Of a stretch of DNA of 64,000 nucleotides, positions 57,179-64,000 are shown in pieces. The stretch's first letter is position 1, and each line of letters opens with the position of its first letter. The position numbers and the translations under genes are program-made. Origin of the DNA: Methanofastidiosum sp. (GTDB lineage: Archaea > Methanobacteriota_B > Thermococci > Methanofastidiosales > Methanofastidiosaceae); contig JABLXD010000012.1 in NCBI GenBank assembly GCA_013178285.1, positions 5,174 to 69,173 of the forward strand, read 5' to 3'. A model generated the notes under the pieces. The model saw only the letters and a list, made by a program, of their open reading frames with translations, ran no database searches and was not told where the DNA came from.

Positions 57179-58726
57179 ATGGCCAAAAATCCATCTTCTA
57201 AACTTGTAATTAGAAATGCATCAATGAAAGATGTTAAGGAAATTCATAAACTATCAATTAAAACATACAAAGAGATGCCCCCGTACTCTCTTGATATTAT
57301 AAGGGCACAGATTAATAATTTTCCGGAAGGGCATTTCGTTGCGGTTTATGAGGGAAAAATTGTGGGTTATTGTTCTACTATAAGAGTTCCTGAGAAGTTA
57401 GCTCTGGGCCACCACAGTTGGAAAGAAGTGACTGGTGGGGGATATGGATCTACTCATGACCCCAAGGGAACATATCTATATGGCATCGATATTTTTGTGG
57501 ACAGCGATTATCGGGGACTTAAAATTGGAGAGCGGTTTTATAGAGAACGAAAAAAATTATGCAAATATTATAGGCTAAAAGGGATTGTTTTCGCTGGCCG
57601 AATGCCTTTGCTTTCTAAACGTATTAAAAAAGTTGGAACTGTTGAAAATTACATTGAACAAGTTAAAAATAAAAAAATTAGGGATCCGGTTATTTCTTTT
57701 CAAATCAGGAATGGATTTGAAATTATAGGAATACTTAAAGGATATTTACCTATCGATAGAGAATCATTGGGATATGCCGCACATATGTTATGGAAAAATC
57801 CAGAATATGCAGATTCCCCCGTATCATCGGCGCTTTCGCCTTCCAGAATACCTCAAAGTGTAAGAGTTGCAACAGTACAGTATCTTCAAAGAAGAATAAA
57901 TTCATTAGATGAGTTTAATCAAATATTTAGATATTTTGTTGACGTAGCATCCGACTATCATTGCGACTTTGTACTCTTCCCCGAATTATTCACGATGCAA
58001 CTTTTATCAATTGAAAATGAACCGTTGTCCCCTCACGAATCAATTGAACGTTTAACTAATTATACAGATACGTTGAAGACCTTTTTTAGTGAAATGGCAA
58101 TTAAATATAATGTGAATATCATAGCGGGTTCACATCCTGTAAAGATTGAAGAGGAAGTTAAGAATATTTCATTTATTTGCCTAAGAGATGGTTCAATCTA
58201 CGAACAAATGAAAATACATGCGACTCCCAACGAAAAATATTGGTGGAACATAAGTGGTGGTGAAAAATTAAGTGTAATTGAAACTGATTGTGGGAATATA
58301 GGGGTATTAATCTGCTATGATATTCAATTTCCTGAGTTGGCAAGACATTTGGTAGATCAAGGTGCCAATATACTTTTCGTCCCATATATGACTGAAGAAA
58401 GACAAGGTTATAATAGGATAAGGTACTGTGCTCAAGCAAGAGCAATCGAAAATCAATGCTATGTCATTATGTCAGGGAATGTTGGGAATTTGCCTAGAGT
58501 CCACAACATGGATATAAACTATGCACAAAGCTGTATTATAACGCCGTGTGATTTTCCATTTGCAAGGGATGGAATAGCTTCTGATACAACTCCAAATGTA
58601 GAAACAATAGCAATATCTGATATAAGCCTTCAAAATCTCTTTGAATCTAGAAACGCTGGAACTGTACAAAATCTAAAGGATAGGAGACACGACTTATACA
58701 GCGTTACATGGAATAAAAAAGATTAG
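57179..58726 (+). CDS. GNAT acetyltransferase / carbon-nitrogen hydrolase fusion
   Basis: GNAT YRGLKIG; nitrilase triad FPE, K.H, ICYD; ATG at 57179 after GGAG. Confidence 0.9.
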   Translation: MAKNPSSKLVIRNASMKDVKEIHKLSIKTYKEMPPYSLDIIRAQINNFPEGHFVAVYEGKIVGYCSTIRVPEKLALGHHSWKEVTGGGYGSTHDPKGTYLYGIDIFVDSDYRGLKIGERFYRERKKLCKYYRLKGIVFAGRMPLLSKRIKKVGTVENYIEQVKNKKIRDPVISFQIRNGFEIIGILKGYLPIDRESLGYAAHMLWKNPEYADSPVSSALSPSRIPQSVRVATVQYLQRRINSLDEFNQIFRYFVDVASDYHCDFVLFPELFTMQLLSIENEPLSPHESIERLTNYTDTLKTFFSEMAIKYNVNIIAGSHPVKIEEEVKNISFICLRDGSIYEQMKIHATPNEKYWWNISGGEKLSVIETDCGNIGVLICYDIQFPELARHLVDQGANILFVPYMTEERQGYNRIRYCAQARAIENQCYVIMSGNVGNLPRVHNMDINYAQSCIITPCDFPFARDGIASDTTPNVETIAISDISLQNLFESRNAGTVQNLKDRRHDLYSVTWNKKD

Positions 58727-58775
58727 TTATAAAAATACTAATATATTTTTAAATCAATGAGATGCTTAATTAATA

Positions 58776-59693
58776 ATGAAACTTATTCGAGTTAAATATC
58801 ATCTAAATTCGATAGTTGTGTTGGCATTGTTTTTAGTATCTTGGGTATTTTTCATATACATCAAGGTAAATATTCCCTTAACTTATCATGAGAGTACTTC
58901 CCAAGGTTACATCCTAACGGTGACTACTCTTTTATTCTCATTCCTTGTAGGGCACTATTTTAATTCAAGGTATGAAAGATATATTTCTATAAGAGAACAC
59001 CATCTTTCAAGGCATTCAAGGTGTATTTCTCTTATAGATATTGCCCAATCATTTTCAGAAAATAAGAGTCTCTTAAAAAAATTATATGAAAAACTTAACG
59101 ACATTGCAGTCATAGATGAGCTGTGCAGCTGGTCTGAAGGTTACATAGAAGAGCCATACTATAGAAATCTATATTGCCTTTTAGATGAAATTAAAATAAT
59201 CGATCAAAAAGATTTAACAAACTATAGAATATTCTATGATAAGATAAATGAAATTAATGAATTAACAAGAAAGCTTAATTCACTTGGTAGGGACAAATTT
59301 GGATTCTTACGATGGTTACTCCTAGGGTCTCTAGCTGCCGTCATTATTGTTCTAACATTGTTTGTTCCAATATCAAATTTTATTAACATAGTATTGCTTA
59401 TGTTATTTCCCCCAATAATATTCCTCGTAATATACACAATTAATAGTTACCAGAATATGACATTCCATAAAGAAAGTACCTCTATGGAAATAAATGAAAA
59501 GATATTTGATGAAATTGGTAAAAGAAGATTCTATAAAAAAGAGAGATTAAAATTTGTTAGAGTTGATATAAGGAAAAATAAAAATTTATATATAACTGAG
59601 GATGAGCTAGAAGGAAGAGAAAAAGATATCTATTTAGACTACCTTGATAAAGAATTTTACGTTAATAGATCAAATAAAAAACAATGCAATTAA
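58776..59693 (+). CDS. Four-TM membrane protein, hypothetical
   Basis: Two TM pairs separated by a helical soluble domain. Confidence 0.7.
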   Translation: MKLIRVKYHLNSIVVLALFLVSWVFFIYIKVNIPLTYHESTSQGYILTVTTLLFSFLVGHYFNSRYERYISIREHHLSRHSRCISLIDIAQSFSENKSLLKKLYEKLNDIAVIDELCSWSEGYIEEPYYRNLYCLLDEIKIIDQKDLTNYRIFYDKINEINELTRKLNSLGRDKFGFLRWLLLGSLAAVIIVLTLFVPISNFINIVLLMLFPPIIFLVIYTINSYQNMTFHKESTSMEINEKIFDEIGKRRFYKKERLKFVRVDIRKNKNLYITEDELEGREKDIYLDYLDKEFYVNRSNKKQCN

Positions 59694-59980
59694 CAAACCC
59701 TGCTTTATAATAAGCATTGGACAAATTTCCAGTAGAAATAAAGGGGTAATAGACACTAAGATACTACAATTATAAGGATACAATACATATGAATAAAAGT
59801 ATAATTTAAATAAATAAGGATATCATAATAAATAAATAAGATAAAATTTACATATAATTATTAATAATAAATAAATTTAGGCCTAAATTCATTATTGTGA
59901 CTGTAATATTGAGAATAGGTAAGAATTAATAGAATCAAAATACATATAAAAACAAAAATTTTAGACTTGATGGTGATATT

Positions 59981-60130
59981 ATTTGCAGTGTTGGCGGAAG
60001 TTTTGATGTAGATATGGCTGAAGGCCCAGAAGGATATGTTTGTACAGAGTGCGGCGCACAATTTAAAGGAATCGGGAAAGATCTAAAATGCCCAAAATGC
60101 TCTTCGGATAAGGTTATTAAAATTGGATAG
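59981..60130 (+). CDS. Small zinc-ribbon protein, missed by the ORF track
   Basis: (I)CSVGGSFDVDMAEGPEGYVCTECGAQFKGIGKDLKCPKCSSDKVIKIG; start either ATT 59981 (after GGTGAT) or ATG 60014. Confidence 0.8.
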   Translation: MCSVGGSFDVDMAEGPEGYVCTECGAQFKGIGKDLKCPKCSSDKVIKIG

Positions 60131-60605
60131 CTTATTTGTTCCTTTAGGCAGTGAAGAGATATTATTTATATCTCGTAATGATTTTTTTTTAGGATTAGTA
60201 AAAACTTTAGGAAAATCTTTTTTTCTAGAAACTGACGAAGAAGAAATAGTTCTTGGAACAGGAAATGAAGATATATTAGCCGTTTCATCATTAGTAAATG
60301 ACATAAAAATGAAGAGCATAATGATTTCAGCACTATACTCAATAAGAGAACTTTCATTTCCGCTTGTAATATTAAATAAGGGGCACCCTGCATCAAAGAG
60401 ACTAAAATTATTATACGGATGCGGAGATAAGATACTTCTTGATTCCTGTATTGAAGCAGGAACACATCCAGACCAACACCTACTTTGCTCTAGAGAAGAT
60501 TTATCGGGTCTTTGTATATTAGCAAAAAAAGATGGCGTAGAAATAATAGACGAGCTTAAGAGAAAAATTATAACGGAAAAGATGGCTTTTGAGTTAAAAT
60601 TATAA
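60123..60605 (+). CDS. Conserved methanogen hypothetical protein
   Basis: GHPASKR and GTHPDQHLLC motifs; overlaps the zinc-ribbon stop. Confidence 0.75.
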   Translation: MDSLFVPLGSEEILFISRNDFFLGLVKTLGKSFFLETDEEEIVLGTGNEDILAVSSLVNDIKMKSIMISALYSIRELSFPLVILNKGHPASKRLKLLYGCGDKILLDSCIEAGTHPDQHLLCSREDLSGLCILAKKDGVEIIDELKRKIITEKMAFELKL

Positions 60606-60627
60606 AATCACATGTTTTATTTGGTAC

Positions 60628-60882
60628 ATGAAGATTCTTTATTTTGGAGATTTAAAGGATATTACCTTGAAAAGAGAAGAAAATATCGAAATTGAATCAA
60701 TTAAAATAAAAGACCTAAAGAATCTTCTATCAGAAAAATATCCACTTTTAGAGGAATCATTTTTAAAGGATGAGATAAGGATTATAGTAAATGGGAAAGA
60801 CTATTCTTTTACAGGTGGAGATGAAACTTTAATTTCAAAGGGATGTGAGATAGCTCTTTTTTCTCCTGTAGGTGGTGGATAA
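60628..60882 (+). CDS. MoaD/ThiS/SAMP ubiquitin-like protein
   Basis: Beta-grasp pattern, IIVNG, C-terminal PVGGG. Confidence 0.9.
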   Translation: MKILYFGDLKDITLKREENIEIESIKIKDLKNLLSEKYPLLEESFLKDEIRIIVNGKDYSFTGGDETLISKGCEIALFSPVGGG

Positions 60883-62637
60883 ATGTTTGAAATAAAAGCA
60901 AAAGACGGATTAGGAAGGATAGGAAAACTACCAATAGGCAAAAAAAAGGTTGAAACTCCAACATTAATGCCTGTTATTAATCCCAACAAGATTGTAATTG
61001 CCCCAAAAGATATGCCAGATTATGGGGCAGAGATGATAATCACAAATTCTTATATTATTTACAGAACTCAAAAACTAAAAGAAACTGCTCTTGAAAAAGG
61101 CGTCCATAAAATGCTTGATTTTAATGGAATTATTGAAACTGATTCTGGATCTTTTCAGATGTCAGCCTATGGGGATATAGAAATAGAAAATAAAGAGATA
61201 CTTCAATTCCAAAAAGACATTGGAGTTGACATTGGAACATTTCTTGATATACCAACACACCCTGATGAATCGCGCAAGAAAACTCTTTCAGATCTAGAAA
61301 TAACTTTAGAAAGAGCAGAAGAAGCGATTGAATTTGATCTAAATCTAAATGGCACAATTCAGGGAGGAACTCATCTAGATCTAAGAAAAAAATCAGCAGA
61401 AGCTATGAGCAATCTACCATTTACAGTAAATCCCATTGGAGGAGTTGTGCCATTAATGATGGAGTACAGATTCAGTGAATTGGTAGATATAATCCTTACA
61501 GTCAAAGGAAATCTTCTGCCTTCAAGACCTGTACATCTATTCGGTGCTGGCCATCCAATGTTACTATCTCTTTCAGTTTTATTGGGTTGTGATCTTTTTG
61601 ATTCTGCTGCATACGTTCTCTATGCACAAGACTCAAGATATCTAACATCCTACGGTACAAAAAAACTAAATGAAATGAAATATTTGCCATGTAACTGTCC
61701 AGTCTGCAGAAAATATACTGCACAGGAACTAATTAATGAAAATGAAGTGAAGAGATTAGAGCTACTGTCAAGTCATAACTTATATGCAACATTTGAAGAA
61801 ATAAAAATAATCAAGGAAGCCATTCATGAGGGGACATTGTTTGAACTAGTTGAAAGCCGAATCAGGGGGCATCCAAGATTATTACTCGCATATAGACGAA
61901 TCAAAGACTATTACGATGTCCTAGAAGAATATGATCCTTTCACGAAAAGATCTTCAATTTTTTATACCGGAGAAGAATCAAACTTAAGGCCAGTAGTAAA
62001 GAGGACTAAAGAAAGAATAAAAGACATAAAATCTAAAAAATATGATGAGCATCTCTTTTTTGGAAAATTTCCGAAGGAGCTTGAGTTTACATATCCTTTT
62101 GGTCAATGTGAGATGGAAGAAGAGAGAAAAGATAAAGGAGATCCAGAACTTAAAGATGAAGATATAGTAAAAAAAATTGCTGACTATCAGTTTGGCCCTA
62201 ATGTTGGAGAAAAATTGTTTCATGATGTTGTTGTCAAAAGATCAAAAACAGGCATGATACGTTATGTTTTTGATAAAAATGGAACTATGCTTGCAACTTT
62301 AAGGGCAAGAGATGGATTATTCACACCAAATATCGAAGGATTAAGAAGATTAAAAGATATAATTCCTAAACCTCGATATCGGGTCGTTGTTGATGATGAG
62401 GCTGCACCTTTCATAAAAGACGGTGCTAACGTATTCTCTAAATTTGTTTTAAAAATTGATACTAATCTTAGGGCTTATGAAGAAGTAATAATTGTGGATT
62501 CAAAAGACAATCTTTTGGGAACTGGAACTTTAATGCTTTCACCAAGAGAAGTAAAAGCCTTTGAAAGGGGAATGGCTGTTAGGACAAGATGGGGGATAGA
62601 AAAAAATACTATCCAAGAAGACCAGATAGAAGATTAG
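60883..62637 (+). CDS. tgtA: Archaeosine tRNA-guanine transglycosylase
   Basis: TDSGSFQ, HLFGAGHP, DLFDSA, CNCPVC, C-terminal PUA domain. Confidence 0.96.
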   Translation: MFEIKAKDGLGRIGKLPIGKKKVETPTLMPVINPNKIVIAPKDMPDYGAEMIITNSYIIYRTQKLKETALEKGVHKMLDFNGIIETDSGSFQMSAYGDIEIENKEILQFQKDIGVDIGTFLDIPTHPDESRKKTLSDLEITLERAEEAIEFDLNLNGTIQGGTHLDLRKKSAEAMSNLPFTVNPIGGVVPLMMEYRFSELVDIILTVKGNLLPSRPVHLFGAGHPMLLSLSVLLGCDLFDSAAYVLYAQDSRYLTSYGTKKLNEMKYLPCNCPVCRKYTAQELINENEVKRLELLSSHNLYATFEEIKIIKEAIHEGTLFELVESRIRGHPRLLLAYRRIKDYYDVLEEYDPFTKRSSIFYTGEESNLRPVVKRTKERIKDIKSKKYDEHLFFGKFPKELEFTYPFGQCEMEEERKDKGDPELKDEDIVKKIADYQFGPNVGEKLFHDVVVKRSKTGMIRYVFDKNGTMLATLRARDGLFTPNIEGLRRLKDIIPKPRYRVVVDDEAAPFIKDGANVFSKFVLKIDTNLRAYEEVIIVDSKDNLLGTGTLMLSPREVKAFERGMAVRTRWGIEKNTIQEDQIED

Positions 62638-63439
62638 ATCCAATAATGAACCTAAATGTTAGATAACCTATAGCTGTAAGTACAATGCTGTGCTTAACTC
62701 CAGAGAATAAAGAGTTTGTTGTCATTTTTCCGATCATTAAACCTGCTAATGCCCCGTGTATAATAAGCATATTTTGGAATGTAACTTTAAATGCCTCTTT
62801 ACTAATTGTTTCTTTAGCTGTTGGGAGTGTAATCTCAGAGAATACATCAACGAACTGAGTTTGAAGCAAGAATACTACAGATAAAAAAACTAGATAAGAA
62901 ATGTAAATAATGCCGGTATACTGCCCAAGTTTAGAAGCCTGCTCCTTTGCAAGACCCCTCATCATTCTAGCACTTTCTGCTGCAGATTCCAATATCTTTA
63001 TGATATTTCCTCCAGCATGATGGGCTATAACTATAAGCGATACTGTCCCTTGAACATTTTCACTTTTTACCTTGTCTGCAAACGAAGTTAATACTTCATC
63101 GAATGGCACTCCCCAAGATATTTTTGACGCCATAATCTTTATTTCATCACTGAGTCTTCCATAGTCATCGTCCTGGGCCATTTTTATAGCTTGAGGTAAA
63201 GTCATCCCTGCAGCTTGTGAATCTGCTAAAGCTCTCAAAAACTCAGGGAACTGGTCTTCAATTTCTGTAATCCATGCTTGTTCTCTCATTTTTATGATAA
63301 GGTAGGGGGCCACCGCTATAGCAATTCCTGCTATAGCTAGCTCACTCAAATTTAAGATGAAAAATCCAATTAGCCCCAAGATTATTCCTGAGGCAATACT
63401 GCCAATTATTATGTACATGTTATAATTTCTTTTTCTCAA
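62609..63439 (-). CDS. Type II secretion F / Tad-family pilus platform protein
   Basis: FPEFLR.LA....AGM, YGRLS.E, AGGN; TTG at 63439 after GGTGA. Confidence 0.88.
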   Translation of the reverse strand: MRKRNYNMYIIIGSIASGIILGLIGFFILNLSELAIAGIAIAVAPYLIIKMREQAWITEIEDQFPEFLRALADSQAAGMTLPQAIKMAQDDDYGRLSDEIKIMASKISWGVPFDEVLTSFADKVKSENVQGTVSLIVIAHHAGGNIIKILESAAESARMMRGLAKEQASKLGQYTGIIYISYLVFLSVVFLLQTQFVDVFSEITLPTAKETISKEAFKVTFQNMLIIHGALAGLMIGKMTTNSLFSGVKHSIVLTAIGYLTFRFIIGSNLLSGLLG

Positions 63440-63452
63440 ATTTTCACCTACA

Positions 63453-64000
63453 TTATCTCTTTGGCGCCACCTGATCAACAGCTATTATGAATAAAGCATA
63501 TCCAATCGGCAGCCCAAAATAAACAACTAAATTATTAATTAAATTAACCTGGGACATTGGGGTCCCCATTATACCCATGATTGTGGTCATGATAATTACA
63601 AAAACTGGACCTACAACTAAAGCTGTAACATAAGCTTCTGCAATTAATCCAATAGTTTCTATTGCAGCTTCAGTCTTCATCCTCTCAATTTCCATCAATC
63701 TGTTCCCTTCAAGATACAAATATTCCTTTAGATTTCCACCTGTTCTAATTGTTGCAATCATCTTCCACAAAAGTTCACTAAAGAGGGGCGAGGGAGATCT
63801 ATTGGCTGCCCTCTGGAGCGCTTGGACCAAATCAAGTCCAAAATTTTCAATATCGTTCAAAATCTTTTCAGACTCTCTTGATACTTCACCATATCGTCTA
63901 AACTCTACAAGTGACCAAAAAATAACAGCAGGTGGAACGCCTGTTCCTGCTATTGTTGCCATTGTATTAACAGCATTAGTAAGTGCAAGATTTATTTTTC
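63453..64000 (-). CDS. Type II secretion F / Tad-family platform protein, 5' part outside window
   Basis: YGEVSRE, RSPS, TGGNL..YL, EAYV...VVGP. Confidence 0.88.
   Translation of the reverse strand, partial: KINLALTNAVNTMATIAGTGVPPAVIFWSLVEFRRYGEVSRESEKILNDIENFGLDLVQALQRAANRSPSPLFSELLWKMIATIRTGGNLKEYLYLEGNRLMEIERMKTEAAIETIGLIAEAYVTALVVGPVFVIIMTTIMGIMGTPMSQVNLINNLVVYFGLPIGYALFIIAVDQVAPKR

Overview
AT-rich archaeal chromosomal segment from a methanogen (mcrC, atwA). The Thermococcales-style RNase P RNA and gene set suggest Ca. Methanofastidiosum/WSA2, which is an inference. From about 10.6 to 64 kb it is mostly core genes: atwA, trm11, PCNA, minD, RNase P RNA, GGGP synthase, argF, the ftsZ-secE-spt5-L11-L1-L10-L12 cluster, pheST, mcrC, fen, rpoK, egsA, hypCD, por genes, tgtA and tad/T2SS-F genes. 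The standout region is 4.75-10.1 kb. A 28-bp Xer dif-type site (5913-5940; 11-6-11 layout, palindromic arms, spacer TGTATA on the minus strand) sits on the symmetry axis of a ~2.3-kb mirror-organised locus. Helically phased 10-11-bp repeats lie on both sides of it. Beyond these are two convergent paralogous ~63-aa membrane microproteins, then three inward-oriented copies per side of a ~60-90-bp AT-rich repeat, several with TTGCAA pairs exactly 52 bp apart. The right flank continues into a decayed island with a phage terminase-small-subunit-like relic, a 17-bp perfect inverted repeat, a compact structured RNA candidate and a truncated chromate transporter. No recombinase gene is present in the window. 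All calls are by eye, with no database searches.
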